Below, piece by piece: positions 1 through 9,150 of a DNA stretch of 64,000 nt. Under the pieces are notes generated by a model. That model did not search any database. It worked only from the letters and a program-made list of their open reading frames with translations, and was not told the DNA's origin. How positions within the stretch are numbered: position 1 is the first letter of the stretch; every line of letters starts with the position of its first letter. The DNA is taken from the NCBI GenBank assembly GCA_963664395.2, contig OY761159.2:3968001-4032000 (forward strand), in the 5' to 3' direction. This DNA comes from Candidatus Binatia bacterium (GTDB taxonomy: Bacteria; Desulfobacterota; Binatia; Bin18). Both the position numbers and the translations under genes were made by a program.

Positions 1-2
1 TA

Positions 3-239
3 TTACCCGGCCGTATTCTCACCGACCGTCTGAAAGGGGCGCTGGCCATCCGGGCTGAAAAAGCTGGCATCCCCTTGGAACAAGCCCTGGAAGAGAGTGG
101 CAAAGATGTCCCACTCGGCCGGATTGGTGAGCCTGTAGAAATGGCCAACGGCATTGTCTTTCTCGCTTCGGAGGCGGCCAGTTATATTACTGGAACGAGC
201 CTCCAGATTGATGGCGGCGCGATTCGGGGCTTGCTGTAG
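3..239 (+). CDS. SDR family oxidoreductase, C-terminal part (truncated by window start)
   Basis: Not in ORF track; frame from 3 reads [10 protein letters not shown]...[43 protein letters not shown], the classical SDR C-terminus. Confidence 0.9.
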   Translation, partial: LPGRILTDRLKGALAIRAEKAGIPLEQALEESGKDVPLGRIGEPVEMANGIVFLASEAASYITGTSLQIDGGAIRGLL

Positions 240-240
240 C

Positions 241-999
241 GTGGACCCTATTCTCCAAGCTGCCGTTCATGCTGCTCACGCTGCTGGCGACATTGCCCGG
301 CACTATTTCAAAACCAACCTGACGGTTGAGATCAAAGCTGATCGTACACCAGTAACCAAAGCCGACCGGGAGTGTGAAGCGTGCATTGTTGACGTGCTAC
401 GCACGCAGTTCCCGGACTATGGCTTTCTGGGTGAAGAGCTCGGCGAGCAGCCGGGAAACAGGTCAGTCCGGTGGATTATTGACCCCATCGACGGCACTAA
501 AAATTTTATTCGTGGGATTCCCTTTTTTGCCACCCTCATTGCCCTTGAAGAAGACGGAGAAGTCACCGCCGGCGTGATGTACGCGCCAGCCCTTGACGAC
601 CTGCTGTATGCCCAAAAAGGGCAGGGCGCGTTTGCCAATGGTAAACAGGTGTATGTCTCAGACGTGAACCGGCTGCAAGATGCCATGCTGATTCACGGCG
701 GTCTGAATGATCTGAAAGCCCGTCCCTGTTGGCATCCTTTTTTGCGCTTGGTTGATGCGACCTCTCGACAGCGAGGATTTGGGGATGCGTTAGGGCATAG
801 TTTGGTGGTGCAAGGGCTGGCCGAGGTCGCCCTGGAGCCGGAAATCAAACCCTGGGATGTCGCAGCAACCAAGATTATTCTCACCGAGGCGGGCGGACGG
901 TTTTCTGATTTTGCCGGAACGCCGTCTATTTACACAGGTGACGCGGTGATTTCAAACGGACAGGTACACGACCAGATTATACGTATTGTGCAAGGTTGA
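241..999 (+). CDS. hisN: Inositol monophosphatase family protein, probable histidinol-phosphatase
   Basis: WIIDPIDGTKNF, GEE and PWDVAA motifs; GTG at 241 directly follows SDR stop, so the track start at 154 is too long. Confidence 0.75.
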   Translation: MDPILQAAVHAAHAAGDIARHYFKTNLTVEIKADRTPVTKADRECEACIVDVLRTQFPDYGFLGEELGEQPGNRSVRWIIDPIDGTKNFIRGIPFFATLIALEEDGEVTAGVMYAPALDDLLYAQKGQGAFANGKQVYVSDVNRLQDAMLIHGGLNDLKARPCWHPFLRLVDATSRQRGFGDALGHSLVVQGLAEVALEPEIKPWDVAATKIILTEAGGRFSDFAGTPSIYTGDAVISNGQVHDQIIRIVQG

Positions 1000-1068
1000 G
1001 GAGCCAGCTTGGAGACATATCTTTGTCCCAGAAGGCTGTGCTCCCCTCGGCACCCCGCACTACTTCTA

Positions 1069-2187
1069 TCAAATACCGTAAAACTTTGCGGCATTTGTTC
1101 CCAGGATCTTATCTACCGATGCCGTTGGTAAAGAGGAAAGTACCTCACGTGCCTTCCGGACCGGATCGACAAATCCTTCGGCATGCGGGTAGTCGGAGCC
1201 GATAAAGAAGCGGTCGTCGCCGGCAAACTGAACCATAAGGGGAAACATCTTTTCCTCCGGATCACCGTTAACCCAGATATTACGGGCAAAATACTCGCTT
1301 GCCGGTCGTTTCATCTGTGAAGTGTGGCCCATATACTTGTAGCGATAATCGACCCGCTCCAGCCACTCGCCCACCCAGCCGACCATGGCTTCAATGGTCC
1401 CGACGCGCAGCTTTGGAAAGCGCTCAAACACGCCATCATACATCATCGCCGTGACAGCCTGACGCGGGTCTTGGATGATACTCATGGTGATATACATGAA
1501 GCCGGGATTGCGGTCGCGAAACCACTCACTACCGGTGTAGTTCGGATGACCGACGAGGTGGAGACCAACGCTGAGATTAAGATCTTGGGCTGCGGCCCAA
1601 ACTGGATCGTACTCCGGCAGGCCAAAGCTCTTGCCATCGATCGGTGCAGCCGCGATGAAGATTGTCCGGCCGCCGAGCTTGGCGATGCGCTCCATCTCCC
1701 GCACGGCCAACTGCGGATCACGCATCGAGATATGAGCGGCGGGGTAGAGACGATTTTTATGCGGGGAACAGATCTCGAATGTCCAGGTGTTATAGGCGCG
1801 GCAGTGGGCATCGGCCAGGTAAGGGTCGGCTATTTCGCCCTCCCAAAACAGGCCGAGGGTCGGATAGATGACTTGGGATTCCATCTTCTCGTCATCTAAG
1901 AACTGCACCCGCTTGTCCATGTCTTCCCAATCCGCACTATAATAATGGTAGCGATCGAAAGTGCTCAGGTCCTGGCCCGCCTCTTTTTGGCCATAGCCGA
2001 CAACACCGCCCAGAAATTCCTCGACATCAAAAACATTCATGGGCTTGTCATCAACCAGAAATTTCTTCTCGCCACTCACGGGGTCGGTCGCGCTTTTCAT
2101 GGCTCGCTCTCGATAGGCCGGATCAATATAACGCTCAAACAAGTCTAAGGGCTCAATAAAATGGGCATCTCCATCAACGACTTTCAT
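1069..2187 (-). CDS. Amidohydrolase_2 family metal-dependent hydrolase/decarboxylase
   Basis: N-terminal DGDAH, LH, FERFPKLR, GSDYPHAEG and ILGTNA motifs; GGAGG RBS. Confidence 0.9.
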   Translation of the reverse strand: MKVVDGDAHFIEPLDLFERYIDPAYRERAMKSATDPVSGEKKFLVDDKPMNVFDVEEFLGGVVGYGQKEAGQDLSTFDRYHYYSADWEDMDKRVQFLDDEKMESQVIYPTLGLFWEGEIADPYLADAHCRAYNTWTFEICSPHKNRLYPAAHISMRDPQLAVREMERIAKLGGRTIFIAAAPIDGKSFGLPEYDPVWAAAQDLNLSVGLHLVGHPNYTGSEWFRDRNPGFMYITMSIIQDPRQAVTAMMYDGVFERFPKLRVGTIEAMVGWVGEWLERVDYRYKYMGHTSQMKRPASEYFARNIWVNGDPEEKMFPLMVQFAGDDRFFIGSDYPHAEGFVDPVRKAREVLSSLPTASVDKILGTNAAKFYGI

Positions 2188-2338
2188 ATACAGCCCTCCT
2201 TTCGTATGGTTTTATCGTGTGTCTCTTATGGTGGTACTGCTGTCTGTGAGGAAATGCAAGGGAACTGAACCGAATGGACCTGTGGTAGGCGCAGGGTATT
2301 TAGGCTACAACTGGGGCAACACAAGAGGAGGCAGCAGT

Positions 2339-2959
2339 ATGGATACTCCAATTGAAATCATCGAGTTCTCAGATTACCTGTGACCCTGGTGCTTTCCGGC
2401 CGCGGAGCGGCTCCGAAAGATCAAGGAACGCTATGGTGACCGGGTAACCGTCAAATGGCAGCCCTTTGCCTTGCGCCCGCACTATGAGGCCACCCCGTTC
2501 CAGTTTAAGGACAGCTATGTGGAGCACGCCTGGCGTAAGGCATCGGCACTGGCTGAGCCAGACGGTCTGGCATATTCCATGTGGCCGCATGAAGAATTCC
2601 CACGCTGGAGCATGCCTGGCTTGGAAGCTGGTATGGCCGCTCAGCGTCAGGGGGAGGATGTCTTCCTCCGTTTTCACACGGGATTGTTTCGTTCTTTTTT
2701 CATTGAGAACAAGAGTCTGATTGAAAAAGAGACCTGTGTTGCTGTTGCCCGGCACGTTGGCCTCGATATGAACGCCTTCCTGCGTGATATTGAAGATAAA
2801 GCCTTACAAGACCAGGTTCGTCAGCAATGTGAAGACGCGGTGAATACGTATTTCGTGAGTGCGGTTCCTACTGTCCTCATTGGCGGTAAAACGCGCCAAA
2901 TCGGCATGGTACCGGCTGAAGCCTACCTGGAAGACCTTGCGAGGCTCGGAGTCGCATAA
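2339..2959 (+). CDS. DsbA/FrnE-like thioredoxin-fold protein, probable selenoprotein (UxxC)
   Basis: GAGGAGG RBS, ATG 2339, MDTPIEIIEFSDYL-TGA(2381-2383)-PWCFPAAERL in frame with track ORF 2471..2959; cis-Pro motif SAVPT near C-terminus. Confidence 0.88.
2392..2419 (+). promoter_or_regulatory. Candidate bacterial SECIS hairpin
   Basis: CTTTC-CG-GCCGC-[GGA]-GCGGC-TCC-GAAAG; G-initiated apical loop starts 20 nt after the in-frame TGA. Confidence 0.7.
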
Positions 2960-2968
2960 AGGCCGTAT

Positions 2969-3223
2969 ATGGCAGACAAGGATGAACATACATTTCACTT
3001 GCGCTTCTCCCTGAGTACTCAAATTCCCCTGGAATCGTGGGATGATGAAGATTTTGAGGGAGACGAGTGGTTGAACGAATGGGAAATAAAAGTAAAGCCG
3101 GGTCTGGTCCGAGAAGTTTTTACATATTTGCGCCAGTTTGAAGGTTGGAGTTGCCATATCCGCAATCGCGGTGTGTCTCCGATTGATGAAATTGAAATCG
3201 TGATGCACAAAGAGGAGGGGTAA
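2969..3223 (+). CDS. Small acidic hypothetical protein, operonic with the DsbA-like gene
   Basis: ATG 9 nt after upstream stop; protein-like composition; followed by terminator. Confidence 0.75.
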   Translation: MADKDEHTFHLRFSLSTQIPLESWDDEDFEGDEWLNEWEIKVKPGLVREVFTYLRQFEGWSCHIRNRGVSPIDEIEIVMHKEEG

Positions 3224-3271
3224 GACTCACAATAGTGCGGCGCTTTCGCCTATACGCATACTGTCTGGGGC

Positions 3272-3308
3272 AAGACAAAAGGCAGGCATTATGCCTGCCT
3301 TTTGTCTT
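3272..3308. terminator. Bidirectional intrinsic terminator
   Basis: AAGACAAAAGGCAGGCAT-T-ATGCCTGCCTTTTGTCTT perfect 18-bp inverted repeat between convergent genes. Confidence 0.85.
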
Positions 3309-3337
3309 TTAAGAGATTGCTCTCTGTTATCAGACAA

Positions 3338-5026
3338 CTAGACTTGAGTTGAGCCCAATAAGTTCCCACCAAGCGATGGATGACCAACGCTCTTATCGCC
3401 GAACACGTTAATCAGCGAGGTCTTGCCGGATTTGAGTGCGCGCTCCAGAGCAGGCACGATTTCATCTGGCTGCTCCACATGCTCGGTGTATACACCCATG
3501 GGTTCAAAGACCTTGTCGTAGCGGATGTCCTTAACCATATCGAACGGATCGGTGCGGCCCTTGAGCAGGGGCATCGACTCAAACGTTGGACCCCACGAAC
3601 TATTGTTCCACAACAGGGTAATAATCGGGATGTTGTATTTGGCTGCGGTTTCCATATCCATACCGCCGATACCCAGACCACCGTCGCCGCTGACAACGAT
3701 AACTTGCTTGCCCGGACGACCGAGTTGGACACCAATACCCATGCCTACGCCGTGTCCGACTGGGGCAAGTGGCCCGGCGTCTACAATCTGACCCGGTTCA
3801 TGAGCGGTAAACCACTGACTGGTGTAGCCACTCAGAGTGAAGCTATCGATAATCAGGGTTGCGTCTTTGTCGATCACCGAGGTGAGGTCTTTGGCCAGAC
3901 GGTCAGGATGGATCGGACTTGCGCTATGGTTTTGCTGTTCACGGTCGTTGATGAGCTTGTTATAGTTCTCGCGTACCTCAACCATGTTTTGGAGCCACGG
4001 ACTCTCGCGCTTGGCACTAAAGTCCAGCTGCATTTCTTTGATTTTGTCGATCATCTGACGGAGTACGAGCTTGGGATCACCGACGATGCCGACTTCTGCT
4101 GGTACATGCCAGCCTACACGCTGGGGTGTGGCATCAACCTGGATATAGGTGGCTTTGTCGCTCCATGTAGGAGGCTGGCCGAACTTTTCTCCGCTCCAGA
4201 ACTTGAATCCAACGGCTAAGACAACGTCAGCTTCGCCTGTAAACGGCTTTTTCCACGCACCACGAACGGCGAGCGGATTATCTTCGTCAACCGCACCTTG
4301 ACCGGCACGACGGCAATAGACCGGGGTGCTGGTGAGTTCAGCCAGTTCTTTCAGTTCAGCCTCGGCACCGGACCAGAAAATACCGTCTCCACCAGCGATG
4401 AGCGGCTTTTTCGACTGAAAGATGAGTTCAACGGCGCGCTCAATCTGGCGCGGGTCGCCTTGGAAACGGAGTTCATCCGGACTGTAGACTTTTGCGCCTT
4501 TGCGCTGCTTGGATTCGTCACCCTGGTGGTAGAGAATATTGGTTGGAATTTCGAGCAGGGAGACGCCCTGGGGTGCTGAGGTGGCTTCACGAAATGCCTG
4601 ACGCAGGTCGATTTCAATCGTCGACCAGTCAAGCACGCGCTTGGCAAACTTTGAGAAAGAGCTGACCACGTCAGAGCCATAGGCTTCTTGGAAGGAGCCG
4701 ATAAGGTCCTCGGTTGTGGGGTGCTGGCCAGCGAGACAGATGACGGCGCTATTTGTCAGGCCAGCGACGCAGAGGCCGGTCACTGCGTTGGTCAGGCCAC
4801 ACCCGGCAGTGACACAGCAGATGCCGGGTTTTCCTGTCACACGGGCATAGCCGTCTGCCGCGTAAGCGGTCGCTTGTTCGTGGCGCATGTGGATAAGTTT
4901 GATACCATTATCTCTGAGGGTAGCCAGAATGGGGAAGGTATGCCCGCCATTCACGGCAAACATATATTCAACCTTTTGTTCCTGTAAGATACGTCCAATA
5001 AGCGTCCCACCATCAACTGTTGCCAT
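3338..5026 (-). CDS. Thiamine pyrophosphate-dependent enzyme (acetolactate synthase-like / 2-hydroxyacyl-CoA lyase-like)
   Basis: RHEQ catalytic Glu, GDG...NNSSWG TPP motif; AGGAGG before MATVDGG at 5026. Confidence 0.9.
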   Translation of the reverse strand: MATVDGGTLIGRILQEQKVEYMFAVNGGHTFPILATLRDNGIKLIHMRHEQATAYAADGYARVTGKPGICCVTAGCGLTNAVTGLCVAGLTNSAVICLAGQHPTTEDLIGSFQEAYGSDVVSSFSKFAKRVLDWSTIEIDLRQAFREATSAPQGVSLLEIPTNILYHQGDESKQRKGAKVYSPDELRFQGDPRQIERAVELIFQSKKPLIAGGDGIFWSGAEAELKELAELTSTPVYCRRAGQGAVDEDNPLAVRGAWKKPFTGEADVVLAVGFKFWSGEKFGQPPTWSDKATYIQVDATPQRVGWHVPAEVGIVGDPKLVLRQMIDKIKEMQLDFSAKRESPWLQNMVEVRENYNKLINDREQQNHSASPIHPDRLAKDLTSVIDKDATLIIDSFTLSGYTSQWFTAHEPGQIVDAGPLAPVGHGVGMGIGVQLGRPGKQVIVVSGDGGLGIGGMDMETAAKYNIPIITLLWNNSSWGPTFESMPLLKGRTDPFDMVKDIRYDKVFEPMGVYTEHVEQPDEIVPALERALKSGKTSLINVFGDKSVGHPSLGGNLLGSTQV

Positions 5027-5092
5027 GTCTACGATCCTCCTTTGATTCATCCTTGGGCAATGCCAGAGCGGCATCTTCCCATATTTCAAGCA

Positions 5093-5133
5093 AAGAAAAA
5101 AGGGAGGTCTCCTCACGGGGCACCCCTTTTCTT
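5093..5133 (-). terminator. Imperfect hairpin with U-tract ending the 5154-5726 gene
   Basis: AAGAAAAAAGGG...CCCTTTTCTT arms; T-run on minus strand. Confidence 0.55.
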
Positions 5134-5153
5134 GCTCGGCTTGGTTGCCGAAG

Positions 5154-5726
5154 TTACAGCAGATTCAGGCGTTTGAGAATGGCGGCGATTTTCTCGTCGC
5201 GTTGCCCCAGGGATTGAAGAGCGTCGAAGATGACGTCCAGGCGGTGGCCTTTGGTTGAGAGATCGTCTTCCAGACTTTTGACCTTGTCTGTAAACGGCCT
5301 GACCATGGTCCGGCGGTCCCAAATGGCGAAACCGAGGATACTCATGAACATGAGGGTAAAGGCACCCAGTACGCCGAGGATGAGTTGAAAGTGACGATCC
5401 AACTGGCTGTTCATGTCTTCCCGGAGTTGCTGCATGTCCTCGCGCAGATGCTGATTCTGGAGATTCATGTCCTCGCGCATATTTTTGTTCTGGAGATTCA
5501 TGTCCTCGCGCAGTTGCTGCATATCTTCGCGCAGTTGTCTGATGCCGTCTTCCAGTCTTTTCAGTCCTTCGTCCAGCCGGGTTTCCACGCGGGTCAAGCG
5601 CTCGATAATTTCGCGGTCGGCTGATTCAGCCGTGCTGTCTTCGGCCCATACGAGAGCGGGCAGGACGAAAAACGTCCCGCTCCAGAGTATCCAGGTGAGA
5701 AGAAAGCCCCTCATAAATTCATACAA
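5154..5726 (-). CDS. Exported/membrane coiled-coil protein with internal tandem repeats
   Basis: Signal-like N-terminus, repeated xxLREDM / NLQNxxxREDM, one TM (FQLILGVLGAFTLMFMSILGFAIW), C-terminal coiled coil; start may be 5714. Confidence 0.75.
   Translation of the reverse strand: MYEFMRGFLLTWILWSGTFFVLPALVWAEDSTAESADREIIERLTRVETRLDEGLKRLEDGIRQLREDMQQLREDMNLQNKNMREDMNLQNQHLREDMQQLREDMNSQLDRHFQLILGVLGAFTLMFMSILGFAIWDRRTMVRPFTDKVKSLEDDLSTKGHRLDVIFDALQSLGQRDEKIAAILKRLNLL
5411..5540 (-). repeat. Mixed 21-bp/33-bp coding tandem repeats
   Basis: Recurrent CATGTCCTCGCGCA core; encodes 7- and 11-residue units. Confidence 0.85.
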
Positions 5727-5788
5727 TGCGGGGAAGGCCGGAATGTCAAGCGACTGTCAACATAGGTGCTCGACATGTGTCTAAATGT

Positions 5789-5823
5789 AAAACGGGAGGT
5801 CCCCTTTAGGAACCTCCCGTTTT
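5789..5823 (-). terminator. Intrinsic terminator downstream of DUF1302 gene
   Basis: AAAACGGGAGGT...ACCTCCCGTTTT. Confidence 0.8.
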
Positions 5824-5838
5824 CAGACTGAGTTTGTA

Positions 5839-5866
5839 GGAGAGGTGAAACATGTTTCACCTCTCC
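5839..5866. repeat. Perfect 28-bp palindrome just after DUF1302 stop
   Basis: GGAGAGGTGAAACA/TGTTTCACCTCTCC. Confidence 0.9.
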
Positions 5867-5872
5867 GGTTGT

Positions 5873-8176
5873 TTACAGCAGGTAGTACTGGAGACGAATC
5901 CAGAACAGATCGCGGTCCGCCCACAGGTTTAGCAACGTACCATCGACATCGTTGCGACTGCCCATATACATGACCGTGCCGGCATACAGGTCGAGGTTGC
6001 GGAAGAACAGGCCGTGCCAGTAGGTCTGGGCCAGAATCAGCGGCTGCTTGGCGTTCACCGAGTAGGCGAATGCAAACAACGGCTCCAGCTTGCCCCGGAA
6101 GTAAAAGCCCGACGTGCCAAAGGTGTACAACTGATTCCAGCGATGGTGCCGGTCTCGCGGCGCATTGGTGAAAGCGTTGATACCAGAGGGGCGGTTGTTG
6201 TTCTGGTAGGTGGTCAGCGCCTGGAAGGTGTAGAAGGTTGCCTGGTCGCCGATGCCACCCGGCAGGCCGCGCGTCCAGCCCATGCCCGGAAAGGACTGAA
6301 AGGACTGAATCAGGTCAAACCCGATCATGCTCCGCCACACAGACGTGCCAGTCTTAATCCGATCGCGGTTGATCTTCTTACCGGGGCACACGTTCACGCC
6401 CGGTACGCAGGGATTGCCCTCAGCGTCGCCGTGGGGGCCGGTGATGAGCGGGTCAACGCCCTCTGCGCCAAAGACCGCAGTACGACGGTCAACCCCGTGG
6501 TCGGTGGCATACTGATCAACCGCCGTGGCGTACTCCGGGTTGTCATCCAGGCCGGTCAGGTAGTTCTCCCGGGCAGCCTGCAACTTCGCATCAAAGTGTG
6601 CTTGAGACCTGCCGCCGTAGTTCGAGCCACCGTAGTTGCGCGGCTCATTGGTCGACCAACTCTGCTCCAGGCGGAACACCGCGCCGGTATAGTCGAAGTC
6701 GTTATAGGTGAGCGTGAAGCCAAACACGTTTGTCCACGGCATCCAGTGACCGACCTCAAAGCATGCCGTCGAATTCCGGTCGTTGTTCAAGTTACCATCC
6801 TGGCTGTAGCCTAACGAATCGACCCCACTGAAAAATGTGGCTTTATTCTCTCTGAAACACCGGTCCAGGGCGCGGCGGAAGGCTAACATATTGTCCGGGT
6901 TGGTCTGGTCATGCGCAAAAAACCCTCCCTCTGAACCCAGCAGAGTGTTGCTGAAGGAGCCGAGTCGCCGGCCGTATTGGTCCAGCCTGCCGAGGCCGTC
7001 ATCGTGGTCTCGGCCAAAGAAGGACGGCAGGTCAAACACGGCGGCCGCGTCGGTGCGCTTGAACATATAGTTCAGGGTGAAGTCAAAGCTGCCGAAGATC
7101 TTGCCCATCATCCGCACGCCGACCATGCTGTTGCTAAACTTCGTGCCCCGAATGTGGTGGGTATGGTGACCGCCGCCAATCCGGTACAGGAAGTTGCCGT
7201 TCCGGCCTGCGGCGTCGTCCGTACACGGAACATCGGCATTACAACCGCTGTCGGGCGCCATAGTCCCCAGGTTGCGTCCGACCCGGAACAGCGACCACGG
7301 ATGACGAATCCGAGCGTAGTCATTATATGGCCCCCAAGGCACGCCCTTGGTGGTCAACACGCCCGGTGAGGTCGGCGAGTCAAAGTAATCACTCGTATCG
7401 CCAACATAGTTCGGGTCATCGTAGCGCAGGCCGCCCCAGCCACCTTCCAACACCAGGTGTTGGTTGATGGGTCGCCAGCGTGGAGTGTAGAACGTCTCGA
7501 TCCCCACGTTAGACAGAAACGACCCGACGTTCCCGATGTCATACAGGAATTTGATGGCCCAGATGGGCGTCCGAAAGTCTTCAAATGCCTCTCCCACCGC
7601 CTGGTTCTGGTCCAGCCGCAGCGGGTTGGCAATATCAATCGAGCGGAACAGGTCCGATTCTCCCCACACGATTTGTTGCTTGCCCAGCCTCATGGACAGC
7701 CGATGCCCCATCACATCCCCAAAGCTCACGTCCAGGTTCATCTCCCGAAATCCGTTCTCGGGAAAGGCGAAGGATTTGAGCTGGTTCTTGATGCGGTGGG
7801 GATACATTTCGTCGTATTTGTCGCGCACCATGTACACCGGGTCAAAGCGGCCCCGATACATGAACGAGAAGTCGGCCCGGCGCACACCTGGAATCTTGAT
7901 GTTCTTATCGAACAGCCCGCCTTCGGTCGTCACCAGGTCTTGATACTCATACTCTACGCGCAGCTCGTTGCGCCACTGTACCCACTCGAAGTTATCTCCA
8001 GGGCTGCCGTCAAATTGAAACGAGTGTTGCATCTCGTATACGACTTGAACCTCTGAGTTCCCAACCCGGATCACCGCTTGCGCGGGGCTCGTTAACCAAA
8101 CGAGTCCCGCTACTACGAATAGCCCGGCCAAAAATCCTCTCAGGCACGACCTCCGCTTCCTGTCGTGTTCGATCAT
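5873..8176 (-). CDS. DUF1302 family outer-membrane beta-barrel (AupA-like)
   Basis: Signal peptide, RLGKQQIVWGESD-x-F-xx-D-xx-NP motif, aromatic beta-strand C-terminus (DRDLFWIRLQYYLL); GGAGG before MIEHD at 8176; context with DUF1329/YCF48/RND. Confidence 0.8.
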   Translation of the reverse strand: MIEHDRKRRSCLRGFLAGLFVVAGLVWLTSPAQAVIRVGNSEVQVVYEMQHSFQFDGSPGDNFEWVQWRNELRVEYEYQDLVTTEGGLFDKNIKIPGVRRADFSFMYRGRFDPVYMVRDKYDEMYPHRIKNQLKSFAFPENGFREMNLDVSFGDVMGHRLSMRLGKQQIVWGESDLFRSIDIANPLRLDQNQAVGEAFEDFRTPIWAIKFLYDIGNVGSFLSNVGIETFYTPRWRPINQHLVLEGGWGGLRYDDPNYVGDTSDYFDSPTSPGVLTTKGVPWGPYNDYARIRHPWSLFRVGRNLGTMAPDSGCNADVPCTDDAAGRNGNFLYRIGGGHHTHHIRGTKFSNSMVGVRMMGKIFGSFDFTLNYMFKRTDAAAVFDLPSFFGRDHDDGLGRLDQYGRRLGSFSNTLLGSEGGFFAHDQTNPDNMLAFRRALDRCFRENKATFFSGVDSLGYSQDGNLNNDRNSTACFEVGHWMPWTNVFGFTLTYNDFDYTGAVFRLEQSWSTNEPRNYGGSNYGGRSQAHFDAKLQAARENYLTGLDDNPEYATAVDQYATDHGVDRRTAVFGAEGVDPLITGPHGDAEGNPCVPGVNVCPGKKINRDRIKTGTSVWRSMIGFDLIQSFQSFPGMGWTRGLPGGIGDQATFYTFQALTTYQNNNRPSGINAFTNAPRDRHHRWNQLYTFGTSGFYFRGKLEPLFAFAYSVNAKQPLILAQTYWHGLFFRNLDLYAGTVMYMGSRNDVDGTLLNLWADRDLFWIRLQYYLL

Positions 8177-8430
8177 AACCTTCCCTCCTGTAACCAAAGG
8201 TTGTCCTCCCTAGACAGTACACATCTCTCTGTCTCACTCGCTGTTTTCCCAGTTGTGGCAGGTCACCCCCTTTCCCAAATGTTCCACATACAGGTCAAAG
8301 TACAGAGATGGTTCATTAGTAACCCTTGCCGCTTCTAGCGCTATTCAATACATTTTGCAACTGCCCAAGCTGTATTTTTTCCTGTTTCTGCCCTTGACAA
8401 ATGCGGCGGCTTTCTTTAATAAACCGCTCC

Positions 8431-8706
8431 ATGCAAGATAAATTTTCTTATTACGGCAAATGGCTGCGGCAAGGGCTCGTCGCGTGTGGAATTGGGTCGG
8501 TTATGGTGCTGGGTGGATGCCAGTTAGGGGAACCTCCCATTGATGAGGTTAAGGACGCCAAGCCCAAGACGTCTTTGGTTGACCAGTATAAGCAGGCCAA
8601 CAAGGACAGCCGAGACCCCGGATTGGCTGCGAACCCAAAGGCTCTTGGTGATTCCAACCCTGAAGAGGCGATGAAAAAGGGTGGTGATGATCCGGGAGAA
8701 GAATAA
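8431..8706 (+). CDS. Small lipoprotein
   Basis: Basic N-terminus, hydrophobic stretch, lipobox LGGC, hydrophilic tail; TTGACA at 8394 upstream. Confidence 0.65.
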   Translation: MQDKFSYYGKWLRQGLVACGIGSVMVLGGCQLGEPPIDEVKDAKPKTSLVDQYKQANKDSRDPGLAANPKALGDSNPEEAMKKGGDDPGEE

Positions 8707-8900
8707 CAAAGCACTCTGCTTTATTCTCCGGATTTCTCCTTCGCAGTTCAGCGATAACTCGCGCGCAGTGACTCCTGCTGCGCGCTTGCCCTTACTAGCC
8801 GTCCTTCCCAATATACGAAGAGACAGGCTTCTCTGAGCGGTCTTGACGCTGAAGTGTTGTCACCTTCGTAGAGTGTATCCTGAGTCCGTTCGGCGTTGTG

Positions 8901-9116
8901 TCAGCCCCGCTCTTCCAGGAGCTTTCGGAACCCCGCCATTTGCATATTCAGAGCATCCGTGTGGGCGCTCAGCGTCGTCATTTGTATCGTGCTTTCCTTT
9001 TGCAACTGCGCAATCTGATCACTCCGAGTGGAGGCTGCGTGCTGCATCTGCCGGAGGCCCCAGCCGATCATCACGAGCTGGCCGATCCCGATGCCGGCTT
9101 GTATCCATTCACTCAT
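8901..9116 (-). CDS. Small single-TM coiled-coil hypothetical protein
   Basis: MSEWIQAGIGIGQLVMIGWGLRQMQ...LEERG*, starting downstream of the RND terminator; true start inside track ORF 8901..9374. Confidence 0.55.
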   Translation of the reverse strand: MSEWIQAGIGIGQLVMIGWGLRQMQHAASTRSDQIAQLQKESTIQMTTLSAHTDALNMQMAGFRKLLEERG

Positions 9117-9150
9117 ACTCGTCAGTTTCTTCCAACTTCTTCCAACGGAC

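Noticed and set aside
154-240. N-terminal extension of the IMPase ORF in the track
   Set aside because: Overlaps the SDR C-terminus in another frame; GTG at 241 fits better
5411-5540. Repeats as a CRISPR array
   Set aside because: In-frame coding tandem repeats with no unique spacers; no cas genes in window
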